Origin: a virus
Lineage: Duplodnaviria > Caudoviricetes
Length of the DNA: 64,000 bases
Reading direction: 5' to 3' (one strand)
IMG/VR virus record: IMGVR_UViG_3300030095_001206
Location: 1-64,000 of that record
Shown: positions 18,031 to 26,908 of the stretch, one piece after another
How positions within the stretch are numbered: position 1 is the first letter of the stretch
Layout: every line of letters starts with the position of its first letter
Position numbers and translations under genes: made by a program
The notes under the pieces: model-generated
Seen by the model: only the letters and a program-made list of their open reading frames with translations
What the model was told of the DNA's origin: nothing
Database searches by the model: none

Positions 18031-18058
18031 AAAAAAGGAGGGGATGCAACCCCTCCTA
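18031..18058 (-). terminator. Rho-independent terminator after hsp20
   Basis: GGAGGGG-TTGCAT-CCCCTCC followed by T run on the minus strand. Confidence 0.9.
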
Positions 18059-18062
18059 TGTA

Positions 18063-18497
18063 TTAAAGATCAAACTCTTTTCGAGCATGTTTCTCTGGAA
18101 CAATTTTTGCTAAGTCCACGGTGAGGAGTCCGTCGGTAAAGCTGACGGATCTAACCTCCGTATCGTCTGCGAGCGTCCATTGTCGTTCAAAGGAACGTTG
18201 GGCCAATCCCCTGTGGATAAATTCTCCATCTGTTTCCTTAGTTTCTTTTTTGCCTTCCACAAATAATTTTCCATACTCCGTATAGACTTGGATGTCATCT
18301 TTCTTGAACCCTGCGAGGGCAACTTCCAATTTCGATTCGACATTATTTACTTGGATTAAATTAAATGGTGGGTAGTTTGAAGTGTGTGATACGTTAAAAA
18401 ATTTGTCTAGGTAATCATCATTGATTCCTATACTGTTCGTCATGATCTTATCCATCAATTCTGGAAGATCAGCAGAACGATATCTTGCTAAATTCAT
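18063..18497 (-). CDS. hsp20: Small heat shock protein (Hsp20/IbpA family)
   Basis: YPPFNL, EVALAGF, HRGLAQRSFER, DGLLTV; AGGAGGAG SD places the start at 18497. Confidence 0.95.
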   Translation of the reverse strand: MNLARYRSADLPELMDKIMTNSIGINDDYLDKFFNVSHTSNYPPFNLIQVNNVESKLEVALAGFKKDDIQVYTEYGKLFVEGKKETKETDGEFIHRGLAQRSFERQWTLADDTEVRSVSFTDGLLTVDLAKIVPEKHARKEFDL

Positions 18498-18502
18498 GAT
18501 AG

Positions 18503-18545
18503 CTCCTCCTATGAGCGAGTGTGTTTTTGTCCCCGAAGGCGACAC
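18503..18545 (-). promoter_or_regulatory. Structured hsp20 5' UTR: UUCG hairpin plus SD-occluding ROSE-like hairpin
   Basis: UGUC(G)CC-UUCG-GGGACA and CUC(G)CUC-AUAG-GAGGAG stems. Confidence 0.55.
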
Positions 18546-18550
18546 TACTA

Positions 18551-18559
18551 ATTATAACA
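18551..18559 (-). promoter_or_regulatory. Extended -10 sigma70-type promoter of hsp20
   Basis: TGTTATAAT (TGn-TATAAT). Confidence 0.65.
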
Positions 18560-18595
18560 CTTTATCTGTATTTTAGTGTTCGGTTTACCTGTATC

Positions 18596-19171
18596 TTAAT
18601 GTTCAGAATTAAAACTCACTACTATTCTCTCATCCATCTCGTTAATATAATCATGCTTACCATGCCTTAACCAACTAGGAAATAAAATCAATTCACAATT
18701 ATGAACTGGGATCCAGCTATATTCATAAGTAAAAGGAGTACTCTCACGACGACCAGTAGAGTATACATATGGGTTGGGATTATGAAAATATAATCTACTC
18801 TCTTCTCCAACATTTATATACAATGCACCAGAAACTAAAGATTGTGGATGAGAATGCTCTAACAATGCACTTCCTGAGTTCTGAATATTAGACCATATGT
18901 TACTTAATTTAGAAAATTTATACCCACATTCAGTATTATATTCATCCAAGGCAGTTTGTATACGTTTTTTAATACCTTTATCCAAGAAATTAGAAGATTG
19001 TCCATCCTCGTAGTGACTAGAAAGACCATCTCCACCAATAGAATCATGGGGATGATGGGAAATATTTTTAATAGATTTAATTAATTGTAAACGTTCATTA
19101 GAAGTTATACAATTAGGAATAGATGCTATAGGAGTAGGAAATAAAGGTCTAAAATTCATAAATTTAGTCAT
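18596..19171 (-). CDS. 2OG-Fe(II) oxygenase (TIGR02466-like)
   Basis: LFPTPI start, HSHPQSLVSGALY, LILFPSWLRH, RIVVSFN. Confidence 0.88.
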   Translation of the reverse strand: MTKFMNFRPLFPTPIASIPNCITSNERLQLIKSIKNISHHPHDSIGGDGLSSHYEDGQSSNFLDKGIKKRIQTALDEYNTECGYKFSKLSNIWSNIQNSGSALLEHSHPQSLVSGALYINVGEESRLYFHNPNPYVYSTGRRESTPFTYEYSWIPVHNCELILFPSWLRHGKHDYINEMDERIVVSFNSEH

Positions 19172-19877
19172 GTGGGAAACCCTCTAATATGGTTCTGGTT
19201 TCCGTATAATCTTTAACATTATAAGCAACTCCCATCATATTTTCTGCTATTTTCATTGCTAAGGTGTGGTCATTACCACCTTTTTCTATCCTATCACCAA
19301 AGAAATGCAACTCATCATCTTTACTAAAGTCTCTCAGGATTTGACTTTTATCACTACCCAGAGGCCCTATGTCAAGACCTGTTTGTCCTCCAAGTGCTAC
19401 TGATAAATCAGGAAAATTTTTCCTAAGTCTCTCTGCTATATCATGTCTTTCTAATCTTTCCGTGTCCCACTTAACATACTCTTCTCTTTCTACAAAGCAA
19501 GTAGACTTTCTACCCAGAATACTAAAGTTAACACCACCAAACCTCCTTTCAATATGCAATCCATTACGAACAGGAAAGCAACTGTTTGCCAATTCTTCCA
19601 TTAAAAAATTTTCTACATCTTTTGGCAACTCCCATTCATCTCTATAAACATTTTTATCTTTCTCATATACATCACTACCAGAGCAATTATATACCCGTTT
19701 AGCTGTGTAGCATATATCAAGACCTAACTGTTCTACAGTCTTGGCATGATCACTACCAGTGACAAGATAAACATCATTGTTACGACAGAATATAAGAAAG
19801 GGAGCCCAGAATTCGTGCTCAATCTTTTTGCGACTGGGAGTGAGAGTCCCATCCACATCAAAAATAAATTTTTTCAA
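19164..19877 (-). CDS. HAD-IIB hydrolase, eukaryote-type phosphomannomutase-like
   Basis: FDVDGTLTPSR, LVTGSD, GGQTGLDI, FFGDRIEKGGNDH. Confidence 0.88.
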   Translation of the reverse strand: MKKFIFDVDGTLTPSRKKIEHEFWAPFLIFCRNNDVYLVTGSDHAKTVEQLGLDICYTAKRVYNCSGSDVYEKDKNVYRDEWELPKDVENFLMEELANSCFPVRNGLHIERRFGGVNFSILGRKSTCFVEREEYVKWDTERLERHDIAERLRKNFPDLSVALGGQTGLDIGPLGSDKSQILRDFSKDDELHFFGDRIEKGGNDHTLAMKIAENMMGVAYNVKDYTETRTILEGFPHD

Positions 19878-20312
19878 TTACTTGGTTTCAGTGGTTTTCT
19901 TTTTACCTATATTATACTTAGTTTCCAATGTCCACTCATCTTTCTCTTTAAAAGAAAGAACTTTGATTTGATTTAATGGTGCAATATCACCAATAGATTC
20001 TGCATTAACAACCTCTATGAGACCCCAATCAGAAAGCAACTGAGTAATACGGTTGCGACGCTGAACGTCGTTAGAAGTAAGGTTAGCGTGTTTCCCATCT
20101 AATGCAAATAGTTCTTTAAAATGAACTATGTAATATCTTCCCTGCTTATGTAGGATGTGACAAGATTGATATAGCTTCTTTTCTTTACGGGATGCCACAC
20201 CTATTCTAGTAAGTGTCTCTCTTACTTTAAGAAAATCATCAGGTTCACTTAGTTGAACCTCTACCATCATTTCCTGATTCCAATTAACCTCAGGCTCTTT
20301 CACAGTGCTCAT
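19878..20312 (-). CDS. regA: Translational repressor RegA
   Basis: FLKVRETLTRIGVAS, LYQSCHILHKQGRYYIVHFKELF. Confidence 0.96.
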   Translation of the reverse strand: MSTVKEPEVNWNQEMMVEVQLSEPDDFLKVRETLTRIGVASRKEKKLYQSCHILHKQGRYYIVHFKELFALDGKHANLTSNDVQRRNRITQLLSDWGLIEVVNAESIGDIAPLNQIKVLSFKEKDEWTLETKYNIGKKKTTETK

Positions 20313-20692
20313 CTCATTCCTCCAGTGTCAAGTCGCTTTTTAATGTAATCCAGTTGTTGTTGAGTCAGAAGTCTTAAAGCCTGTAATGCCTTTTCGTTGC
20401 TATAACCATAATATTTTTTAATAATATTAAGGTTATCAACTTTATCCTTTCTTAGCCAGGGTGAGAATCTCTTCCGTTTCCTCAGACTATTTAGAAAAAA
20501 CTGATATTGCATGTCCTTATCAAGGTTAGGATGCAGGTTCATTTCATTGGCATAGAGGATAGTATCAAGATGTCCACTAAGACATCTGTTAACAATATAA
20601 GAAGGATATTCCTTGATACAATCTGGATCTTCGGAAGTTAAATCATCCTTATTGAAGTTGATAGAGTTCAACCAATCTTTGAGTTCAGTCAT
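20309..20692 (-). CDS. gp62: Clamp loader small subunit (gp62)
   Basis: WLNSIN, YPSYIVNRCLS, LRKRKRFSPW, YYGYSNEKA; start revised to MTELKDW. Confidence 0.93.
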   Translation of the reverse strand: MTELKDWLNSINFNKDDLTSEDPDCIKEYPSYIVNRCLSGHLDTILYANEMNLHPNLDKDMQYQFFLNSLRKRKRFSPWLRKDKVDNLNIIKKYYGYSNEKALQALRLLTQQQLDYIKKRLDTGGMR

Positions 20693-21740
20693 CTTCATAA
20701 ACAAATTCATCTTTTGGCCACCAAAGGCCTTCACCAGTCATTTCGTATCCAGCATCAATCATTTCTTGATGGGACATTTCCTTTTCTGGTTCCGTTGCTA
20801 CTATCTCAAGATACTCTTGAGGAATATGTTGAGTATCTTGATACTCATGATAAGGATCAATGTCCTTACCCAATGCAACATGATCTCTTAAAAGATTAGC
20901 ATACTTTGGATCAGAACGTGCAAACTTTTGTTCATTCAATGTTGTGTAATGTAGTACTACAGGATTAAATGTTTCTTGATGCTTGTGCTCCAAATAACCT
21001 TGAGTCACATCCTGCAGACCAAACAATCCATTTGATAACTCAAGACGACTGAATATAATCCACACTGCATACTCATCAACTATCCTTCTATTGGGAAGAG
21101 GCATCAAGACTTGATTCTTCTTAAACTTCTCCATCAATTCTGATAGGTCATCTAATGACTCCACTATCTTATGATGAACATTGTTCAACAGAACCACACC
21201 AAGGCAATACTTATAAATCTCTACCTTACCACCTAATTCATAAATGCAAACATCAACCAAATCCAACTGCTCTCTTATTCTCTTTCCACCACTAACCTTG
21301 GGATCATTCTTAAATCCAAACTCCTCTCTTCCATAAACATCATGAATACAATACGTATCAAAAAGATACTTAGGATCATGGTTAAAGATAGTATCTGAAT
21401 CAACGTATAGTATATTAGCTTCTTGTTCAAAATACTTTAAGTTATACCATCTATGAATCGACCACGCATTAAGCATATCATGATCATAACCTTCTTGGAA
21501 TGGTTCAACTCTTACTGAGTACTCAAGAGAGAAATAAAGGGGAATAATAGAAGTGTCGTCACAAAAAAGATAAACAGGTATTTCATTGTTAAACTCCCTA
21601 ATAGATTTAATACTGTGTTCAAGTCTGTGTAGTTCATGAGTGTTGATGTGATCAATCTTACTCTTCTTAAATGAATAGAAGATAATATCTTCATGGTTAT
21701 TTCTACCACGAAACTTGTTTAGTTTTTCACGTTGGTTCAT
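20685..21740 (-). CDS. GT-A fold (GT8-like) glycosyltransferase
   Basis: ILYVDSDT DxD motif, GVVLLN, VDEYAV, VVLHYT. Confidence 0.7.
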   Translation of the reverse strand: MNQREKLNKFRGRNNHEDIIFYSFKKSKIDHINTHELHRLEHSIKSIREFNNEIPVYLFCDDTSIIPLYFSLEYSVRVEPFQEGYDHDMLNAWSIHRWYNLKYFEQEANILYVDSDTIFNHDPKYLFDTYCIHDVYGREEFGFKNDPKVSGGKRIREQLDLVDVCIYELGGKVEIYKYCLGVVLLNNVHHKIVESLDDLSELMEKFKKNQVLMPLPNRRIVDEYAVWIIFSRLELSNGLFGLQDVTQGYLEHKHQETFNPVVLHYTTLNEQKFARSDPKYANLLRDHVALGKDIDPYHEYQDTQHIPQEYLEIVATEPEKEMSHQEMIDAGYEMTGEGLWWPKDEFVYEDD

Positions 21741-22795
21741 CGAATAATCTCCAAATTAGCATCTGGTCTCCATACTTCTAATTCAGTTCTGACTCTAGCC
21801 TCACGAGTTAATTTATCATACCTCTTGGATGCTTTCTTCTTCCACCAATCAATTGCTTGTTGAGCAGTGTGTCTAAAGTCACCAAGATAATATCTCTTCT
21901 TCTCTGTAAGAGACATAGCATGTTTAATACATGCATTAAACTCTTCTAACTTCTCATTATCTTTAAGAGAATTTTTAATAATAGATATCATCTTACTCTG
22001 TATCTTAATCTTCTTAGAAGACTTATCTGCAGAAATAAGACGTTCATTATTATTTCTAACATTAAACCATTTAAAGAATTCACGGAATTCATCATCATGG
22101 AATAATGGAAGAAACTTACTCTCAGTGTCCCCTATATGCCTCAGGAAGGGTTTCAATCCATCATACATGGACATTCCCTTGGTCGTGCCATATAAGGACG
22201 TGGTTTCAAAATACTTTAGATCAGTTCCATACTTATGATCAAACTGACTTTTTAATTCGCAAGATGATGCCAAAAGAGCAAGCAACTTACCACCAAGATA
22301 ATTGAATCCAAAAGGCTGAGTAGGAACAATGTTAAAACCCATAACAAAATAAGGATTAATTTCTTTAAGAGGAACTACCCTATCAAAGTAATTATTACGA
22401 GGTTTGCTATTAATCGTAGGGGAACCAAACCTAACAACCCCAACTATCTTTTTAGTATTAACTTCTTCTACTATCCACTTATGTGTACGTCCTGGTATTG
22501 CTTCCTCTACAGGATTAGATGCTGTTAAATTAAGTGTCTCAGAATACAACCACTGGTTATACCTAGATGCAGTTTTAGGATCTGTATCAACTACATGAAT
22601 CTTAAACTCCATCTTATTAGGATGCATATCAAATACATCAAAGAACTCAGCATCAGCACCAAAAAGTGATCCAGAACGGTTATCCATCCTGTCCTTCTTT
22701 ACATGCCTGAGATAGTCATCAATACGATTGAAGTTGGAATAGTAATTGATAAACCTATCAGCAGCATAAACTGCATCTGATTCACTGAGTAACAT
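21737..22795 (-). CDS. DUF4338 / Druantia DruA-like (Mom/GNAT-related) protein
   Basis: IVGVVRFGSP, VPTQPFGFNYLGGKLLALL, FETTSLYG...SMYDG. Confidence 0.6.
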   Translation of the reverse strand: MLLSESDAVYAADRFINYYSNFNRIDDYLRHVKKDRMDNRSGSLFGADAEFFDVFDMHPNKMEFKIHVVDTDPKTASRYNQWLYSETLNLTASNPVEEAIPGRTHKWIVEEVNTKKIVGVVRFGSPTINSKPRNNYFDRVVPLKEINPYFVMGFNIVPTQPFGFNYLGGKLLALLASSCELKSQFDHKYGTDLKYFETTSLYGTTKGMSMYDGLKPFLRHIGDTESKFLPLFHDDEFREFFKWFNVRNNNERLISADKSSKKIKIQSKMISIIKNSLKDNEKLEEFNACIKHAMSLTEKKRYYLGDFRHTAQQAIDWWKKKASKRYDKLTREARVRTELEVWRPDANLEIIR

Positions 22796-23031
22796 TAATA
22801 ATATCTATTATATTCTCTACCAACCTCTACTTCAACGGTATCAAAGATTCTATTTAAAGAACGAGCAAATCCTCTGTATCCAGATCCAACATATAGTTGA
22901 CCTAATACTACAGATGCTGTTGCAATACCCCAGAATAGATAATAAAATCTACTCTTTACTTGAGCACGTACTTTTGTAACCTTATCATTCTTACCCCATT
23001 GAGGTAATGGTGGCAATTGTGGTGATGTCAT
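22795..23031 (-). CDS. Small membrane protein
   Basis: FYYLFWGIATASVVLGQLYVG hydrophobic segment. Confidence 0.7.
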   Translation of the reverse strand: MTSPQLPPLPQWGKNDKVTKVRAQVKSRFYYLFWGIATASVVLGQLYVGSGYRGFARSLNRIFDTVEVEVGREYNRYY

Positions 23032-23032
23032 T

Positions 23033-23278
23033 TTAAGTTGCCCTCCAAGCGACATAGTAAATAAAACCTAATCCTAATAGTATTGCAAAAGGAATAGGAA
23101 AGAATGGTAATACTAGCATAGCATGAATAACTTGCACAAGTACGATACCGTAGAAAATGTACATAATAGTCATACCAATTTTATTGTGCCTACTACCACG
23201 TTTGTATGGATGGCAACCAATAGGGCCACTATCCCATCCATCTTGCATGTATTCTTTTGTAGGAATTTCTCTACTCAT
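23033..23278 (-). CDS. Small membrane protein (2 TM)
   Basis: ATGA overlap with gp44 stop; two hydrophobic segments. Confidence 0.7.
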   Translation of the reverse strand: MSREIPTKEYMQDGWDSGPIGCHPYKRGSRHNKIGMTIMYIFYGIVLVQVIHAMLVLPFFPIPFAILLGLGFIYYVAWRAT

Positions 23279-24219
23279 TTGAATTCACACTCGCACATGA
23301 TTTCAGTGAGTGCAGCCAAGAGGTTAATTTCTTGGTCAGCAACGAAAGCAATCTGATACTGGTACTTGGCAATGATAAGAACAGCAGCAGGGATACTAGG
23401 AGAAACCACTGCATCAGTGAGAGACTCATAGACACGGCGTAAGATAACACTAGGATCGTTGTCAAGGTTACTAACAACCCATTTACGAACGTCAGTGAAG
23501 TTCTTCTCTTTAAGTTTCTTGATAAGTTCAGATGTCTTGACATCACTAAACTCCGCTAATATAGAGGAATCAATTGTACCGCTACTACTATAGCGTTGGC
23601 ACTCATTTAAAACTCTTCTCCAGTCTGGGAAGTGTTTGTTGATGAGTTCTGCGAGGACTTTCTTATCAGCTTCAATCCGTTCACCGTCCAAGATATTGTT
23701 AAGTCGTTGGAAGAAAGCAGCAGCGATTGCGGGTTTCTGTTTTCCTGTGATAGAAAACTCAACGACGGCACATCTGGAGTGTAAGGGTTCAATGATTTTG
23801 TTCTTATAGTTGCAGGTAAATATGAACCTGCAGTTGTTGTAGAACGCTTCAATATTGGCCCTAAGTAAGAGTTGTACGTCATGAGTAGTGTTGTCTGCCT
23901 CATCTATAATTATAACCTTATGCGTTCCAGTGGCAGCAAGTGAGACAGTAGAAGCAAAGTTCTTTGCTTGATTTCTTACTGTGTCTAAAAACCTACCCTC
24001 ATCAGATCCATTAATGACAATGTAATCTGATCCTAACTGTTCACATAAGGCACGTGCAATAGTTGTCTTACCACAACCAGCAGGCCCAGCAAGGAGAAGA
24101 TTAGGTATCTCTCCTTTCTTTACAAACTCCTGAAAGGTATTCTTAATATTATCAGGAAGAATACAATCCTGAACCGTCTTAGGTCGATACTTTTCTACCC
24201 ATAAAAAATCACTCTTCAT
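23275..24219 (-). CDS. gp44: Clamp loader large subunit (gp44)
   Basis: LWVEKYRP, GPAGCGKTT, IIDEAD, PLHSRC. Confidence 0.97.
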   Translation of the reverse strand: MKSDFLWVEKYRPKTVQDCILPDNIKNTFQEFVKKGEIPNLLLAGPAGCGKTTIARALCEQLGSDYIVINGSDEGRFLDTVRNQAKNFASTVSLAATGTHKVIIIDEADNTTHDVQLLLRANIEAFYNNCRFIFTCNYKNKIIEPLHSRCAVVEFSITGKQKPAIAAAFFQRLNNILDGERIEADKKVLAELINKHFPDWRRVLNECQRYSSSGTIDSSILAEFSDVKTSELIKKLKEKNFTDVRKWVVSNLDNDPSVILRRVYESLTDAVVSPSIPAAVLIIAKYQYQIAFVADQEINLLAALTEIMCECEFK

Positions 24220-24898
24220 AAGTAGAATCTGGTTCTAGGGCAATGTAGTAAGTTAAGTCATGCTCACGACATGTAAACTTTGATAAAAGTTTTTGTGAAA
24301 CTACTACATCATAAGAACCAGGAATTAATTTGATATTCTCAACCTTGAAGTTGAAAACAAAGTTACCTTCAGTTTCTCCTACAACAACAGCATAGTCATT
24401 AGAAGTATCATTCTTCTTGTCACGAACAACAAGTTTAACAACACCATTCTCACCAATAACTGCCAAATCAGGAAGTTGATAGATACCTGCTGCTTTAAGC
24501 AATTTGTCTAATTGCTCAGTCTTTAATTCAAAAGAAACATCATCACTAGGAAGTTCAATTGATTTATCTGGAGGAGTAACAATTACATTTGGATCAGCAA
24601 AGAAATACTTAGATCTAGATCTACCCTCTTTAATGACAACAAAGTTATCATTCTCAAAATCCAATTCAGGATTATTATGTAAGGACAATCCATTCAGAAA
24701 CTGATTCAAATCATAGATGCCAAAATCTTTTGGCAACTCTTCATTGATAGTAGCCTCAGCAAGGATGTTCTTCATTACAGAGATTGTACGAAGAGATTTA
24801 CCTTGCTTAAACAGAATAGACTGATTAATATTACTGAAGTTCTTCAGTAATGTCAAAGTTGAATCAGAAAGTTTCATAACCACGGGTCGGAGTTTCAT
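24209..24898 (-). CDS. gp45: Sliding clamp (gp45); start 24898 or 24877
   Basis: MKLSDSTLTLLKNFSNINQS, FGIYDLNQFL, YYIALE. Confidence 0.95.
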   Translation of the reverse strand: MKLRPVVMKLSDSTLTLLKNFSNINQSILFKQGKSLRTISVMKNILAEATINEELPKDFGIYDLNQFLNGLSLHNNPELDFENDNFVVIKEGRSRSKYFFADPNVIVTPPDKSIELPSDDVSFELKTEQLDKLLKAAGIYQLPDLAVIGENGVVKLVVRDKKNDTSNDYAVVVGETEGNFVFNFKVENIKLIPGSYDVVVSQKLLSKFTCREHDLTYYIALEPDSTYEE

Positions 24899-25526
24899 TA
24901 GTTTGGCCACTGAAGTAATACAACAGTAAGCAATAGTGCATTGCTTTTAATATATCTTGTTTTGCTTGTCCCTTCTTATCATACCGTGCAAGATACTTAA
25001 TAGCATTAGAACGGCAGAAAGATTCTGCATCACCCACAGACTGAATCAAATCCAATGTCTGTGTATTGTTTTGATCTGAAGTATAATGTCCAGAGTATGT
25101 TGAAGAAACATAATTCTTAAGTGCCTCAATAGACTTATCTTCCTCATACTTACGAGGATTATACTTTAGATTAGGTTCTGGTTTCTTAGAGTTCATAAAA
25201 TCATTGAATGCTGATTCAGTCTTAACTTCAGTTACCTCACTAGAGGTATAATAATCACCATGAATGACTTCTTTATCTAAAGAACCTGCTTTCCTCCTAG
25301 TTACAGTCTTACCACCATCGGGTGATTCATAAACATAAGGAGGATAATTCCTTGGATCATTATGATCATTTGGGTCTGGTTTACTAATGGAGGTATATTC
25401 ATAACCTCCATTCTTTTTGACCCATTCTGCTCCTTCTTCTGCAGTAGAGAAACTGTTCATAGGCGGAAAATTTTCATCAAGGGTTCCATTAAGTACATCA
25501 TATGCGAGACTCCATGCGTTTATCAT
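24864..25526 (-). CDS. Hypothetical protein with C-terminal DUF3310-like domain
   Basis: STYSGHY...FCRSNAIKYLARYDKKG...DILKAMHY. Confidence 0.78.
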   Translation of the reverse strand: MINAWSLAYDVLNGTLDENFPPMNSFSTAEEGAEWVKKNGGYEYTSISKPDPNDHNDPRNYPPYVYESPDGGKTVTRRKAGSLDKEVIHGDYYTSSEVTEVKTESAFNDFMNSKKPEPNLKYNPRKYEEDKSIEALKNYVSSTYSGHYTSDQNNTQTLDLIQSVGDAESFCRSNAIKYLARYDKKGQAKQDILKAMHYCLLLYYFSGQTNETPTRGYETF

Positions 25527-26599
25527 AACACCTCTTCCTGTGTAATGTCAACATCATTATCAACCTTGTCATAAAGATCCAAGAATGCTTGCTTAGTTTC
25601 ATCATCGAAACGGTTTAAGCAAAGTTGAATTGCTTTGACTTTATCACCAAAGATCTTGTAGGCCTGAATGATGTGAACCAATCTACGAGTACTAATGATC
25701 TCATCAATACCACCATCATAGAATGTCTTTCTAATGATGTCTGCCCAGTCAGCAAGACGAGCACAGAACTTATCATCAGAACACAACTTCTTAAGGATGT
25801 TAGTCTCTGTAGCAGAACTAGGATACTCTTGCTCAAAGGTCAAAGCAAATCTTTCAAGGAATGCTTCATTAAGTACATTAGTACCAATGAACCTACCGTC
25901 CTCAGATCCTTTACCTTTTGTGTTTGCAGTTGCAATAACATTGAATCCAGCAGCAGGTTTTACTACCCTACCAATCTTCTTAAGATAAACTCCTTTACCT
26001 TCAAGGATAGACTGTAAGCAAAGAATCTTATTGGACGCTAAATCGATTTCATCTAGAAGGAGGATAGCTCCCCTTTCCAATGCTTCGATAACTGGTCCAT
26101 TATGCCATACAGTGTCACCATTAACAAGGCGAAAGCCACCAACCAAGTCGTCTTCATCTGTCTCAACCGTAATGTTTACACGAACTAACTCTCTATTTAA
26201 TTGAGCACATGCTTGCTCCACACCAAAGGTCTTACCATTACCAGAGAGTCCAGTAATGAATGATGGATAAAAGATACCAGACTTGATAATTCTTTTAAGT
26301 AAAGTAAAGTTACCAAAGGGAACAAACTTATCATCTTTATCTGGTACTAACTGCACTGCAGCAGGAGCATCATATGCTTTCTCAATCTGCTTTACAACTT
26401 CTTTCTTTACTTTGAGCTCTAAGTTGTACCGCCCTTTACCAACACGAAACTTACCAATGCGTTTCATTACAGTTGATTCAGAAACTTTATGAGATCTGCA
26501 ATATCCTTTAACGTCAGCAAAAGTGAACTCTTTACCAAAAAGGTTCTTCAAATCGTTGACGATCTTGTCTTCAGTCATGTTAGGGTCAGCAACGAACAT
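25523..26599 (-). CDS. cobS: MoxR-type AAA+ ATPase (cyanophage CobS-like)
   Basis: GLSGNGKT, LLLDEID, ATANTKG, LNEAFLERF. Confidence 0.9.
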   Translation of the reverse strand: MFVADPNMTEDKIVNDLKNLFGKEFTFADVKGYCRSHKVSESTVMKRIGKFRVGKGRYNLELKVKKEVVKQIEKAYDAPAAVQLVPDKDDKFVPFGNFTLLKRIIKSGIFYPSFITGLSGNGKTFGVEQACAQLNRELVRVNITVETDEDDLVGGFRLVNGDTVWHNGPVIEALERGAILLLDEIDLASNKILCLQSILEGKGVYLKKIGRVVKPAAGFNVIATANTKGKGSEDGRFIGTNVLNEAFLERFALTFEQEYPSSATETNILKKLCSDDKFCARLADWADIIRKTFYDGGIDEIISTRRLVHIIQAYKIFGDKVKAIQLCLNRFDDETKQAFLDLYDKVDNDVDITQEEVL

Positions 26600-26623
26600 A
26601 ATGTAATTTGTTTTGATACTCTT

Positions 26624-26680
26624 ATTATAAGGGTAAATGCCACTCAGTGGTGTTAGGAGTGGACACTATCTAAACTGGTT
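26624..26680 (-). promoter_or_regulatory. Promoter with upstream dyad box: AACCAGTT-TAGA-TAGTGTCCAC, N29, TATAAT
   Basis: Same architecture and spacing as 29701-29757. Confidence 0.65.
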
Positions 26681-26908
26681 GTCTGGGTGAGTCACGTATT
26701 CTAAAACTGCCTTATCAATCATACTATACAAACTCTCCCATGACAATGTATCTCTTAGTTTAGATGCTATCTTACTTATATCATCCCCATCAAGATACTC
26801 ACCCTTTACTATCTTTTCAGAATAATCCCCATATTGGGTTTGAAGTTTTGCTCTTGCCTCTACCAACTTGTTGAGGTTGATAGTGATCTTCACGTCAGTA
26901 TCAATCAT
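26666..26908 (-). CDS. Hypothetical protein
   Basis: ATGA overlap with upstream stop. Confidence 0.7.
   Translation of the reverse strand: MIDTDVKITINLNKLVEARAKLQTQYGDYSEKIVKGEYLDGDDISKIASKLRDTLSWESLYSMIDKAVLEYVTHPDNQFR

Noticed and set aside
25523-26599. cobS as evidence of cobalamin synthesis
   Set aside because: Only generic MoxR AAA+ motifs are present and no other cob genes are in the window
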